From NCBI GenBank assembly GCA_040954595.2, contig CM082588.2:6274202-6338201 (forward strand): 64,000 bases of DNA, given 5' to 3'. The translations under genes and the position numbers were made by a program. Below are positions 1 to 14,600 of the stretch, one piece after another. A model generated the notes under the pieces. That model ran no database searches, was not told where the DNA came from, and saw only the letters and a program-made list of their open reading frames with translations. Source of the stretch: Balanoglossus misakiensis. Its lineage: Eukaryota; Animalia; Hemichordata. The first letter of the stretch is position 1, and each line of letters opens with the position of its first letter.

Positions 1-597
1 GTTTTACAGTATTGTTGACGATTGAATTCATTGGTCAACAGAATGACAATGCTGATACACGTACATGAACATATAGGCAAGCTTTGTTGACAAGTCAACT
101 ACTGGGTGTTTAACTTGCACCTGGTAATGGAACAAGATACTCAGTTTATACACAAAATACGACACCAACTGTTCCTCAAAATCATGGCCATTAGTAACGG
201 AATGCGAGCGACCCATATGTTTATTCAGGGTTACTGAGAATAGCCAACGAAAACAACCAGCCACTTTGCCGTTCCTTGTCGGCTCTTTTTTTCTAAAAAA
301 AAATACAGCCTAGTCCTCCCAGCATTCTCCATCATCAATTCTATCATCATCTTTTTAACTTCAGATTTTGCTATCTACCTCTGAGCTTTACCACATTTTT
401 TACACCCCTGCCTATAGTTTTTCATTGTGATATTTCAAGTTTTAGTGGCCAGTCACAACCAAATAGCTTTATACATTATACTTCTAAAGACTGCAAATTT
501 ACAAAGATGTATGTAGTACCATGGAGGTATTACACTCCTAGTCCTACCTCCATAGTAATACATTGCAGATAAATTAATGCATACATCATGTACATAT

Positions 598-748
598 CAG
601 TGTTCTCCCCAAAGCAATTAAAGCATAGTGGCCACTATACTCTTTAATTTTGAGAAGACAAAATAACTTAATTAACATAACAATTATATATAGGTATTGT
701 TATGCAAATAAGTCGCTACTTTATCAGATATTCCTGGGGAGAACACTG
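598..748. mobile_element. hAT-like MITE
   Basis: 14-bp perfect TIR CAGTGTTCTCCCCA / TGGGGAGAACACTG; no intact 8-bp TSD. Confidence 0.65.
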
Positions 749-1484
749 CATTTTTACAATATATACACCACTCAGTGTTGCTACTGTTGTTGTACCAGTA
801 GGCAATACATTGTATGCATAAACATTTAACAACAAGCAGCCCTTGCCTTCGCTATTACATTGAACAACATATACTCACTGTTTTTCACAGTCGGGCACAC
901 GGTGGCACCGTTCACACCAAATTAAATGCTCAAAATCACCCTACAATGCTAGAAAACCCGACACACTTGCATAAGCACGACTGTACTATGTATATCTGCG
1001 AGTATGTAGGTCAACGTGGTGACCTTATAACCTGAGGTCAAAGGTCACCCGAGTGCACCCACAATGCTTTGCTGTATAAACAAACTTTCAAATATGGCTG
1101 CCTGAGTCAACAACCATAAAAAGACCCTTTCTAATGGATTTGAAGTGCCTGCACAATGTAGATAGGATTGTACCTCCGGCAATGTGCCACTTCGGTGCTC
1201 AGTAGGTCAGCACAGTTGTCAAAAGCCCACTCGAGCAAAGCGGAGCTGAAGTGTGGTGCAAAATGGACATTTGTGTTTGATTCTGCCAGGTCAAAATTGT
1301 TACCTGATGCACGCAAGGAGTTCAATACGTTGTAGCCACAATTACTTGTAAATTTGTGGCTTCTGATAATCAAATAGTGACAGCATCAGCTTTCAAGCAG
1401 TTATTCCATGCCAGCTGGGCCAATTTACATGTATGCCACACCTAATATAGTAACTGAGCTGACATAACAACTCACTGTCCCAGG

Positions 1485-1549
1485 TAGCCCGGTCTCAATA
1501 CCCAGTGTGTTTTAGAAAGACTATCACACTGTGTGTGGAGACCAGGCTA
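1485..1549. mobile_element. 65-bp palindromic MITE, TAG...CTA ends, 9-bp TSD
   Basis: TAGCCCGGTCTC...GAGACCAGGCTA flanked by TGTCCCAGG on both sides. Confidence 0.85.
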
Positions 1550-4370
1550 TGTCCCAGGCTGCCAGCCTAAAACACTACACTGAACTTACTACCTTGTATT
1601 GTATTTGAGACATATTTTTGTTTGCTGTTTGACATGCTTACATTTGTAATGTACTTTCAAAATTGATCACTGCCAATAAACATTCAATGATGCTACAAAA
1701 CAAGTAATGACTATTATAGTGATTGACCCCTGGGTAAAAATATCTTGGTAACATAATCACCAGAGAAAAGCGCTGACGAACGAACGCCGAAGGCAGAAAT
1801 ATTAGCATCAAGAAAAGCGACCCACCGCCCTGAAATCTCCAGGGTCTCACATCCGCACTCTGGTCTCCCAGAAGCACCGGGAGAATGTAAACAAACGAGA
1901 CGTTAGAAATACAAAACTCATATCATACTCACATTATTCTGTTTCAAAACATCCAGAGCAGTGTTTACATTATTGAGACGATGTACAAGAAAGTGACCTC
2001 GCTCTCTTTTCTGTTGAGAGAGAGAAAAAGAAAGGGAGTTGGAAAGTCATCAATGTCATGCCCAGGCTCTGGGTCAAATGAAGTACTATATAGATCTACA
2101 CTGCCGGCCTGCGATTACCTCATCAGTTGCCAAGGCAACACCACATCTTTAAGTATCATATAACACCCAGGAAGGATATCTAGGTCAAATATTCTGGAGA
2201 TGGAGTGTTTGCTTATCATCAGACTTGTGTGTTATTGGCCAGCACTGCTGTGATTGGGCGAGAGTGTGAGATATTGGCTCTTGAACTGTCTGTATATTAA
2301 GATGCAACTCTCGTAGTTGTTCAATAAATCATTCAATTTCTGTTAAATTTCAATTTTCAGTACTTCACCTCGGCAAACACACTGCCTTGCATTGATCAAG
2401 TGCTTTCTGGCGTTTCGCAGGCAATATTCAGATCTGAGTCACTCTGGCAATCCATGCAATGGATGGTGCACCAAGGCACATATTGCTATCTGGCAAACTA
2501 ATGTTTCCCCATTTTGTTCAGAAGTCAAGACACTTGTAGAAAAGTACAGGAAATGAAGCATTTCTGTGTGGCAATTATTGGCAGGAACACGTTTCTATGA
2601 CAGGTGCAAGGCAAAGCAATGTGCCCTAAATCTTTACAGCTCTCCACTTCTCAGAAACATGAGTCTCTGTGTTCGTGTAGCTTTCTTTCATGGATTTGAC
2701 CAGTGCCTGGCAGTGTTGTGCATGCGTGTGTCATGTCTGTCAGCTGTCTATTCCATTCAAGAACTCATCGCTATGACAACAGATTATCAGATTGAGGAGA
2801 GTGTTAGGTGTTCCTCTAAGGCTACCGAACAAAGGTTTTGTTACAAGATGCGATTAAACCCTGGACTAATTACTCAGTTATCTGAAAACAACAAGGGCAA
2901 GGCTTGAACTGTGTGTCATACACAGGGCCAATATTTGTTCTGCTGTCTCATTAATTGGCCATTGGTATATTATTAATTCCCAGTAACTTTGCCACTGCAT
3001 GCAGTAAGTGATACCTTTGATAATTGTGACGGCAGATTAGTTCAGGAGTTGTAGATGGAATAGGGCCAGATAACCTCTGTATACATATTACACACACAAG
3101 TACAGGTCATTTTGTGACAAAAGCAGGAAATCAAATTATCTTTACAAAATATATCAATTTTGTTTTGACATGTTCAATAATGCAGTCATAAACGCTATTT
3201 AACTGAGAAATTTACAATGCATGTAGGCGTCCAAATTTATATATACAGATAAGTACAATTTAAAAAGGGTCCAATGGTTATCAATTTAGCATACCATTTA
3301 ATCGAGACACTCCCAGTTCTTGTATAGCCTTAAGTGTTAAAACCTGATGTGTCAATTATCTGCTATTTAAAAAGGATTGGTCTTTCAAGAGATAAGGCAG
3401 CCAGCTAGAGTTTGGTGATAAGTACGCCCAGATAATGCAAAATAATCACATGCACTGATGCTGCAAGCAGTCGTATTTCTAGACTAGAAAATCTGTAGTT
3501 TGAGGGCGCCTGCACACACTCCCCCCCCCCCCCCCTCTTTGAATGATGGATTTTCCCGTCTATCCCATATCCAGACAATTTTTAATAAATTACACACCGT
3601 CTATTTGACTGATGGCAAAATGCGCACCTTTGCACCTAGGTCAGTTTCAATTCCTGTCAAGCGACATGCAATCTAGGTTGCTTAGTTACACTAAACAGGA
3701 CGATTACAACACATTTATCTTCATCATCCCGGATTAAATTGCCATCATATTCTCCTTGTCAGAAAATGACGGATCAGTTGTCACAATTCATGGACTCCAA
3801 ACACGCAAATACTTCAGAACAATGTTTACTTCAGATAAGTCTTGCCAGCTCAGCCGCCATTAATCTCACATCTATTTCGGTAAAACGCGACAAGTGTTCG
3901 ACTGTCTCTAAAATTTAGCTAATCCACAAAATGGTATTTGCAGCCGTGTTATCTTCGATCGGCGTGGTTCCAAGCAGACTACTACTAATTTACAAGAGCA
4001 ATTGACGTGAATACTGATGTGACTGATTGTCAAAAACAATTTAATTTGTTGTACGTCAAACTGTCTGCTAATCCAAGGAAAGGCAGAGTTGCTTTTGAAG
4101 AGCAATACCCTCACCCATTGGGTGGGTGTAATGTTGGTGAGGGGGGTATGACTGTGAATAAGGCTAACCTAAATTGTAATGTGGTCAAGTCGGACAAAGG
4201 TGATGACATACATATCCAGTATGCACATCATCCTAGACCCTGGCAGACCTACATTGCCCACTTTGAAACAAACCATTTCCTGTACAATGTACCCAATAAA
4301 ATGAACCTCATGTCATCATAGCGGACATGGAATATATCAGGAAAAAAAATAATCAGTGACTTTCACTTAC

Positions 4371-4463
4371 CAGTTTCTGTCCACATAGTATTTCTAATAG
4401 TGATAGAAGCTGCGTACCATCTCTGAGATCTTTGAACAAATCTTTAATGGGAGGTTTATGACC
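4371..4463 (-). CDS. DMD: Dystrophin exon 3 equivalent (GHKPPIKDLFKDLRDGTQLLSLLEILCGQKL)
   Basis: TTGCTTGCAG acceptor, CTG|GTAAGT donor, 93 bp phase 0-0 as in human DMD exon 3; DLF.DL.DG..LL.LLE.L.GQKL motif; KPPI as in utrophin. Confidence 0.95.
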
Positions 4464-7400
4464 CTGCAAGCAAAACAATACTCTCAATTACTAGACCATT
4501 CTCTGAGTCAGTGCGTTAATTCACCAATCCCAGAAACGTAAAATTTAACAATGTGACTATAAAGAGAGAAAATAGCTTGTAAATGCTTCGGACATAAAAT
4601 GTGTTTTCTCTGCCAATAAAACTCATGTGACAGTTGTTTTAAATGTTTTCATAACAGAACCGGATGGATTCCAAAACGACTACCTTTCGCGTGGCATAAA
4701 AATTACTTCTGCAATTTCTGGCATATATAAATAGTTCGACGAGCCTGCTGAGCATCAATATTTATGTCGTCCACAAAACCAGATCTTGAAGTCTAGATAA
4801 ACCAATATTTGCAGATTTTTGGCACAGGAACAGCCACTGGTGATGGGCGACTAGAGCCGGTAGCTATGTCTTCACATGGAGTGATGTCTTGTTTATCAAG
4901 ATCCCAAATTAAACTGGTACATGTAAATATACACAGTTGTACTATACAACGCAAGCGGGTAAAGTACAAGACTTAGCTTGGCATTGCACATGACCCAACA
5001 TGACCCAGTGGCCTGCATAACCTATTTGCTAAATACGGTTGGTGGGCATTGTACAACCTCTCATTCAGATTGCCAGTTTCACCCAGGATTTCATGAAAAA
5101 AATCAGAAAGTGGAATCATCTATCTCAAATTCTATTCTCTAATTCTATTTTTAAGTGTAAAGTGCAAGAGAAATTATTGTAGCTTGCTGCTGGGACGTGG
5201 ACGACGTGAAATACATGTGAAGGAGGTTAAAGATTTTATTTGACTTTGGCGCTGTTATCTTTGATTGCAAATTCTGATAACTTTACATAGCTGGCATTAA
5301 CTTTTTATATTTTTGTCAAAGTTTTGCTGAATTTGTATCATTGTGTTACATAATGCACGTAAATTGACTGAACTGTTTTGTTTTTAAAGAGAAATAACGT
5401 CAATCTTTATCCTAAATGTGTCACTGGCTTTACCACCCCAATTCATGACCCAGTGATAACCTTTCACATTCCGGCAGTTATTGCCAATTTAAAACTCTTG
5501 GCTCACTTTCAGCAAATCTGTCTGGATAGCTTCAAATAATCACCATTATGAGATAAGCCTTGTGAAAAGAGTCAAAATTTAATCACACCTTTTGGAGAAG
5601 GGTTATCGCGAATTATCATGGCACTGCTGCTAAAGTACAAATGTTCGTGTTTGCTGCCTTCACACACTTACTTCTAAAGGCTTCTGTTATAAAAACAAAA
5701 GAATCCTTCTAACGGAAAAACAAAAGAATCACCCATTCCCAACCGTAGGTGGATGATACGCACTGGACACACACACATGCACTCCGCACATGTGGTGTTA
5801 AATCAAAGTGAGTGATTTGAAACAGTTTCAATTTCTGGTATGTGAACTATTTCTAGGTTAGTCAAGCTATGACTGGGGAGTGTAACAGGTTTAGTCCTTT
5901 ATCAAGAGGTGATTAAAAGGTTCAAGGTTTCAGCTGATAACGCGAATAACGTGACTGAGACAACCAAACTGAGATTAATTTTTTTTTTTACACTAGACTG
6001 CCTGACAGGATTGAGGCACAGAAAAATCTACTGATTTCAATGTAAAGGGGTCTTTTATCTTTATTCATCGCTTAAAAAGGTCAAATTTTGCATCTGGTTG
6101 CATGACGTCTGCGAAACAGCAAAGCTGATAGAGAATACATGAAACAGCCTGTTTTTATTCCTCTTTTTGGTTTTCTTTATGTGTTGATGGCATTCTCTTA
6201 TTACACGTCAGATTTTCTCATGAAATTTCATATTAAATGATTTATGAGCTGGACATGTGGTCTACTTTTATCGGAATAAATTTTATGAAGCATTAAAAGC
6301 GCTGAGATAAAACACCAAATTCCACACTGAAGGTTTTAGGGAAATATTTACATAAATTTCATTTCCGTTCACGAGTAATCTACTCAGGATGTAATCAGAT
6401 TATCGATGACATCAAACAACTTTCTCAGTCCATTTCATATCTGTAGATATTCAGGCAATTTCAACACACCAGGAATTTTAATAAGAGGTATTTTATCACG
6501 AAATAGACTGAATATTTTCCCGGGAAAACATGCCGGAAAAATCACATCTATACTTAAGTAGTAAACATCATAAGTGTGGTATTTAAACAAGGTCAAAATG
6601 TTTGGTTTAGTTGTTTTCAGAAAATTAGTGAGGCACTTCAGTCGTTGCATGACAGCACTGAATTTGGGTGAAGATTTCAATTTCCTGCACTTTCAAGGAC
6701 AATTGTGCAAATACAGCCATCTGTAATTTATCCTGCTCGCATTAAAATTCGATTCCATACCCAGTAATATAACAAATTTCTGGTATATTTACTGATTTTA
6801 CTATGTGGTGAATCAGTGAAGAATTTTTCTTTTTCGCAAGTATTTGTCAAAATTTATGAAACACATTATCCAAAAGGTTTTGGAAGACATTAAAAGAGTA
6901 CTCAAAAACATGATAATTACTATGTCATCAAAGGATTTGAAATTCAAGTGTGCTTCAATCAACATCATCAGAAAATGAAGGGTAGGTTCACTGTCTGTTA
7001 GATTCCTAGACATTACTTGAGATATTGAGGCCACACTTGGGGCTGGCTGTTCAGAAGTTCGGCATCCTGACTGAACCTTCACCTCTGCGAAAATGACTGT
7101 TTTTATTATCCCCCCACTTGACAGCATATGGTCAATGTTTAGATACGAAAACGTGCCTGGCATTGCTTTATGGTACAGACGACGTGATTGGTCGCATCAT
7201 TCGACGACAGCTTCAGCCTCAAGTTTTATTGTACAAAAACACTGTGCACATGTAGTAAATCAGCATCAATTCTAACCATCTGTGATAAAAATACTTTTCT
7301 GATACTCAATTTTGACGCCACTCACTTCTTCTGACTTAGCAAATCTGAAATCATGACGTACATTCTGTTATCATAAAGTCCTTCTGACGGACAATTTTCT

Positions 7401-8000
7401 TACTGAAAACTTAAAAATGTAAAAAAAAATCCATTAACCCTTTTACACTTTACAGAATACAACTCGAACACTGAATCAATCAGACATTCGTGAAATACAA
7501 CACAGTCCAGAATTGCAGGCTGACTAATTTTTCATTTCTTCTCAAATCGCTTCTGACATTACCATGGCAACGAAACCCAAACCCTGACAGCTGACAGACC
7601 GAGCAAATGTTACTGTTTTCATGCAGAACTCCGTCAAAAACACCTGGATATGTTTTTCACAGACCAGTCTAGAATTCTAAAAATTATTACAAATTCTTAC
7701 TTTTGACAGAAACAAACTACTTAAAGCCTTTACCTACATTAAACTTTATGGATTATTTCTACGACTGTTTCTCAATAAAACTTCAATCCTTTCACTTACA
7801 TTCATAAGGGTTTAATTTTCTTTACGTCAACCTGAGTTCAAGGAAATCTTGGAGAGGTTCAAAAAATGTAATATATTATGTCAGTCTGAATATTGGCACT
7901 ATAAGACAAATAGCTTGTGATCACTTAAGACTGCTTGATGTACGAAAACAGATGATCTCCATATGGACTTGCAGGTTTTTATCACACGTCTCTTGCTAGA

Positions 8001-8077
8001 TATTCTAGAATCAGCGCGTCATGCTGGCGCTCGCACTAGAGTGAGAGCCCCCAATACGACGTCTGGATTCCTGTTTA
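8001..8077. mobile_element. Older degenerate palindromic MITE with near-perfect 9-bp TSD
   Basis: Flanks CTTGCTAGA / CCTGCTAGA; imperfect arms (GAATCAG..CGTC / GACGTCTGGATTC). Confidence 0.55.
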
Positions 8078-8576
8078 CCTGCTAGATAAAATCCTGACAT
8101 GTTCTGTGGAGAATAATGTTGCTGTCTGACAGTTTTTTATCACATTCTGAAATATAGTCTTGAAAATGAAATCTGGGACGGAGCATGAAGACCACGATGC
8201 ATTACTACATCGTGGGAGGAGAACTTTCATCGTACAACTTTGATCTGGCAAAATGGGATGTCATATCCAGATGAAAGTGTTTCCAGGTTTACCCTGTGTT
8301 TAACGGGACCATAACCTCAGAAACCTAAACCCTGTCACCACTATGGTCCAGTCCAAATCCATTGTTTTCTATGGTAATGTTGGCCCACGAAAGAGGGAAC
8401 TGGGGGTTGCTTAAGACTTTTTTGTTGAAGACTTTACTGGACAGTAAAATACTCAGCATTTCACTATGAAATAAGTTGGAATCTACGTGTCTGTGGTCAG
8501 CTTTGCAATTACAAAGACTTCCAGGCATAGTGAAAATCTACACCTGCTTGGTAATCACTTTCTCGTGACCTCTCAC

Positions 8577-8638
8577 CTTAGCTAGTTGTGAATTAATCCA
8601 CTTGGAGAAGGTTTTCCGTTGGATATCTTCTCTTTCGT
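8577..8638 (-). CDS. DMD: Dystrophin exon 2 equivalent (DEREDIQRKTFSKWINSQLAK), start of calponin-homology domain 1
   Basis: TTCTTTGCAG acceptor, AAG|GTGAGA donor, 62 bp (same size and phases as human DMD exon 2); actin-binding motif Q-R/K-KTF-S/T-KWIN. Confidence 0.95.
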
Positions 8639-11600
8639 CTGCAAAGAATCAAAACGAGACAAAAAAAATTTAGAAAAGCAATTTTCTTTCTCACAGCATG
8701 ACCCATGATATTCAATATTATAATGATAAGGATAATAGTAAAATGAAATTCTGGGGGCAGTAACTGGTGGCATAAGATCAAATTATATGACCACCTACGA
8801 TCATAATAACATTATATTTTTGAAACCGAACGAACTACAAACTGTCATTTATTTCTGTTATGCAGAAGGGACTGAGACAATGATACTATTTAGCATGATA
8901 GAATTTTTTATTTCAAAAATATTAACAAGGCAGCACATTATTTTAGTTTTTTTTTTTTTTTTTGATAATGTGTTAGTGATTAAAGTTTGAAAACCACAGA
9001 CATGTAGCCAGACCAGGGAGTTATCATTCCAGAATCCAAAGACCAACAAGATCTTTTTCTTTGCATTCATTCAATCAATGCACTGCCTCTTTTATCTCTA
9101 ACCCTAACCCATTCTCTAATCATCAATATACTTCATTCCATTCATTGTAAAATTTTATGTGGTCTGGGAAATGGAGTTGCTCTGACCTACAATTTTGTGG
9201 TTTGACAAAAAACGAGGATACAGCACAGGCTGATGGAATTGATCTCTTTCACGAGTTGTAACGTTGCTTGATTTTGGGTCTGGTTTAATCTTTGGGTCCT
9301 AAAAAATCAAAGGCCAAAAGGCTAAAAGCACACAATATCAGAAAAGTCTGTCGGGTTAGAACTGCATGGCCCACAGACTGTCAATTCTCATCTGTTTGAT
9401 GGGAATATCCTTAACATGTGACTGACATTTCTTTGCAAAAAGCTGTAGTCGGTGGACCTTAAAGTTTTTCAATTTCCTACATGGAAGTTTGCATCTCTTA
9501 ACTACTGTACCTCCATTTCAGTATAATGTGATGTGTACATGAAAACCAACAAAATCACCATCTTGTATCTTGAAGTTTCCCCTCTTAAAGATAAATTTTT
9601 GGCTCGCAGTATTCTCAACTACACATGGAACTCTTCACGCATTTATCTGACAATAGAGTGGACTGCTTGTGTTTGCTCTGACACAGTAGGGTGCATTCTC
9701 ACAGGTGCAGGACAATAGTTTTTTAAAACCACAAGTATTCTCACACCCATCTTTTAGACACACAACACATCTGTGGAATGTTTGGCGTAGGTGGAAGTCG
9801 GGATGACTGCACAGCAACTTGTGCAGTGCAGCATGTCCGTGTCTGATAAAAGCTTCTCCGGGGTCCATTGCATGGATTTGCCAGACAGATAAGATCATCT
9901 GTCACCATGGAAACCCCAACAATGGCTTCCACGTTTTTTACAAGTGCACTGATGCTTCCTGTCAGCGGTACTTGTGACCTGCGTTGACCACTGTGGGCCT
10001 AAACTGTGTTTATTGTTTTCCTGTGATGACCTCTGTAGATCTAACCTGGACTATGGTTTTCTAAGGAATCGTAGCAATTTTAATTTTGCATCCCTTGGCC
10101 ACTGTGTGTTTCATTTACCCCCAGCTATTTCAATGTTTTCCATGCCTTCAAAATTACAGCAGGAATGTAAAACAATTTAAAAATATACTTTCTTTCAACC
10201 AACCTATCCTATTTGTGAAAAGCATATTACTGGCACCATACAACATTTTGGCCATTTTTAATAGTACAGAATTTATGGCCGATTTTTCACACAGGAAACA
10301 AAAACACCAGTACCACTGTATTATTTCCACGGTAGTGTTAATTTTCTGGCTGTATCGAAAAAGTGATACACTTGAAAATGATGTTGCACCATCATGGTTT
10401 GTCAAAAGTTACAGAGTTTGACTTCAGCACAGAACACAAGTGACAGACATCCCAAACTGTGGTTGATTGACGAACGAGAATAACTCTGATAGTTTCACAG
10501 CATGGAGTGCAGTGGTACCATTCCACAGCATGATTTGAAATCCATAATCACAATTAACAGATAGGACTCCCACACATGCGTTCGTAATACAGAATAAATC
10601 ATGACTCAAGGATCCAGAACAATGTAATCATTTCCACAGATTACGATAATATGGAAGTCACATATCAGCCAAAATAGGTGTGCCATTTACCTTACTTGTA
10701 TCAACAAACCTTGGTTTGATCAAAGTAGATGCAAATACGGCAGCTTACTCCATTTACAGGTAACAGAGGGGACGCTGCAATTTACATGACCACAACCTGC
10801 CTACCTAGTACCTATTTCAATCACCATTCATCAGCTGGTATACACTGTGTCCTACTATTATATAACATATTGCCTACAGCAAACCCCGGTTTCTGAGCAT
10901 TAAATCCAAATCAGTTCTGCCCACGCAAAAAAAGATTCAGAAATTAGTTTTCTTATCAACATCTCAGAGGTGATATAGTTGATTGCTCAGAGCAATCACA
11001 AACAGAAGGGGTGTCACTATCCTATTAAGATTTTATGACAAATGTCAACAAATCTATCAGTACTGGTAATATCAGTTGCTTTGCTCGTATAAAATTATTA
11101 GTGATTTCACCTCTATTATAGCTATTAGAAATGTTCAACTGAAATTCATTTTAATTCTTTTTCTGCATATGCACTGAAATTTACACTTCGTTCTGACCTA
11201 CTGTATATCATCTCGATCAGCATTTTGTAAATTTGATTAGCGTGGGAGAAAAAGAAGCAAACTGAATCAGCTGACACGTGGTGCATTAGAACAATTTACA
11301 CATTCCAGAAAACCGCTTTGGTTCCAAGAAACCATGCTCCATTAAGCAGGTACTGGCTCTTTAATGGAGTGCCACCATTATGTGGGAAGAAGACTTTCTT
11401 ACAAGTTGCAGTGAAGTACGTATTAGAGGTACATTCGCACTGTACTGGTAGTCAACCATACACACTTCGTTCATAGCTTGTGAATTATTCAGCTTGCAGA
11501 AGTCGAACCCTGTATGATCACTCACACTACTGCAATGTCTATGACCATTCTCTACTTTGCCTCCACCACTGGACCTGAAGACCTATCCCACAATGCAACT

Positions 11601-14600
11601 GCAAACTTTTCCCCACCCCATCTACCAATCAAATAAAGCAAACCTATTCAAGGCTCACAAACATTCTACACTCAGGACTCTCCCTCTCCAAGTTCAGTGA
11701 CACTGAAGCTGGACCCCACCTCTTTCAAGTTGAAATAAACACTCAAACACATGTTATATTCGTATACAAACATTCCAGGTATCATTGTCATGATCCTGAT
11801 CTGATTCACGGCCAAATCCATTCCATTTTACTCAAAATACCACTGATACCAAACAGAATTTTTATTCCTAATAAGGTCAGAATCTTCTATGTTTTTAGAC
11901 AATTTTTTCAACATGCATTCTGACAGGTTTTCCTTTTACAATGTGAAAATTTAAAAATCCACCCACGAGCACAAACTGCCGTCACGCAAGATGCCTCATG
12001 GAATTACCACTAAGGTATATTCTCAATTCAGCTGTTGACACTGTCGTTTTAGCCTTACAAACTCTCTCAAGAGACCGAGATCGCGAATTCAGATAAGCTT
12101 CGGGACATTCAATTATCACCTTTATCTAGGTCACACAGTTTTTATGATCCTACATTCCAACACGTCTGCCCTTCGCATTTCCAACCTTCCTCTTGTCACA
12201 ACCCACAAACATGAATCTTCAAACCTCGCATAAAAGATCATTTTTTTCCAGAAAGTTTTGTCCAAAACGGATCCTGACCTGCCCAGGTCTTCAGCCAGTT
12301 ACCATGGCTACTGGATTTTCTGACCACTGTTAATTCAACTTTTTTGGAGAATGGGTTTTGCAAGTCAGTGATTCATAATTTTTTTCGAAAATTTCACTAC
12401 AAAAATTCAAGGAGGTTCTTCATATCTGCGAAAAGATTTAAAAAGTTTCCAAACTTACGAGCCTGTGTAAACGTTCGGTATTCCATGACAACTAGTCCCT
12501 TGGTCCGATTTTAACGACAGACAAGAAGAACAGGGTTATACTGCAATGACAGGGTGTGCTCTCTGGAGAGAGCTGTAACAGTATAAACCGATGAAGATCA
12601 CTGCAACAAAATGACTGACAGCACCATCTGGCGTATGGCCATCACATAAAAAAATCTGTTTGTACCGTAAAAACTATGTGCATACAAGTTGTGGAGTGTA
12701 CACCGTATGTATGTAGGTCAGGTATAGATGACCTACTCCGGTCCCGCTATTCATTTAGAACCGAACGATGTCGAGTATTCAACAAATATCGAACAATGAG
12801 GGATTAACCGGGAACTTTTCATGTCTAGAGTCACCGCATCAATTTGACCTAAAATGTAGTTTGTAGTATGATACAAGTGTTTATTTGTTGACTATCGAGG
12901 GCACTGCTAATTTATTGATGTAGTCCCCTCCACTCTAAACCTCGGCCATTTGTTTGGATCTGTATTGCAGGCCTCGGTTGGTCAGCAGGTTTCCTGAAAC
13001 GTTTACGGTATTTGGAACTTACAAATAAAGTTTCCTTATTGTTGTAAAATTAAACTTATAGTTTTATCAGCATGAATTAGGGCTCTGCAGATGAAAATCT
13101 GAGAAAAATTATCAGGCCAGGCAGTTGTTTGATCTGCCCGGAATCAAACTTGGTGTCAATTCATGAAAAGCACTTGAGGAAAGTTAAGTGAATGATTAAA
13201 GTAACTGTTTACAGCACAGCAGATTAGAAGATTAGGTGGTGCAGATTATATCAGATTAGATGGTAAAGATATCCACAGTCAAACAAGTCATTAAAGGGGC
13301 ATTATGGTCAGCTTAAGTTGGTGCCAATACCCATTTTCTAAGAACACACCAGGGAAAGGTGTGTGTGCCTTTAATACATCATGTACATTGTATACACGAT
13401 AACGAAGTTATGAAATTTCATTGCCTGCTTGCCTAACCTAGATTGCTAGTTTTCTCGACTGTGCTTTGTATATGTGTGCATGCATGGATGGATGGATGCA
13501 CGATTTTTCCCCAAGAGGTCGCCATGGCCAGCAGCGGGGTCACGCCCCTGTGGCAAAGTGCAACAGCCACGCCAGGGTCCGGCAAACTAGATGGAATTTA
13601 TGGGTTTCTCTCCATTAAACTATCTTTATCCTGGCACTCTTGGAAGAGTTACAGTCCCGAGGATCTGGCTCAGACAGCCATCATATGTCTTCAGGATAAT
13701 TCTGCGTACTGTGTCTGTCACGAACTGCAGGTTTTGTTTGCATTTTATAAACCTCTTTCTTTTTTTTACAGGCTGATTGATATAAACTTGGGTCAAAGGT
13801 CACCTGGTGGACGTCTGTGGCACAGATAGTGGCTTGTATGTTGCGACTTGTAGTCAAATCTCACATACACAGTGTACCTCCCTGTAGTATAAAATGTATC
13901 GACCAGAGAAACAGGCTTATCTCCAGTTTCCAGGGAAACCAGGAACTGGATTTTCTGCTCAATACAAGCATCTCGCAAAGCCTTTGTTAAATGGCTGATA
14001 CTTTTGAACAGTAGCTTGCTTTTGCTTTTTTTTAACAATGTCGGCAATTCACAGAGAAAACAAACTGCTTCTTGGTTGCCTGGCAACAGTTTCAGCAAAA
14101 GTAGACAAGATAACAAGGTGCTGAATCGGTTGCTTAGCGATGGCTGGAGCGGTGAAGAAAATGAGGAAGCTACTTCTCTGTTGCTAGGCAACAGATGGTG
14201 GCTACAAAACCAGAGAGAGAATTGAGTTTCTGTTTCACAGACAACTGTAGTCAGTAAATCATTACCTGAAACTGCATGTGAGGGCTACAATCTTTAAATC
14301 ACCTAGCACACACCGACATGAGAGAGAGAGAAAGTCAGTCTACATCCATGGGAGACACCTCAACAGCCCGTAGTCACTTGACAAGGAATAACTTCTGTCT
14401 TAGGTGGTGCAAATACAGCAGATGAATCAATGCTTCATGTACATGTATGTTGTTACAGCACAGTGACACACAGCAGAAATGGGACTGTCTGACACTGGTT
14501 ACAGCTATTAAAACACAAAGAATGACCAAATAATCCCTGATGACCGAAGATTAAATCATGATGTACCAGTACAGTAATCAGTAAAACGGAAATGATTTTT

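Noticed and set aside
512-562. Short CATGGAGGTA...TACCTCCATA inverted repeat
   Set aside because: Probably a tiny MITE remnant; too short and degenerate to classify.
1-4370. Search for dystrophin exon 4 (78 bp, ...RVHALNNV...)
   Set aside because: Not found by eye; presumably left of the window.
4371-8638. Alternative identity as nesprin, spectrin or MACF
   Set aside because: The 62/93-bp exon sizes and phases and the IIK..S|DE junction fit dystrophin/utrophin.
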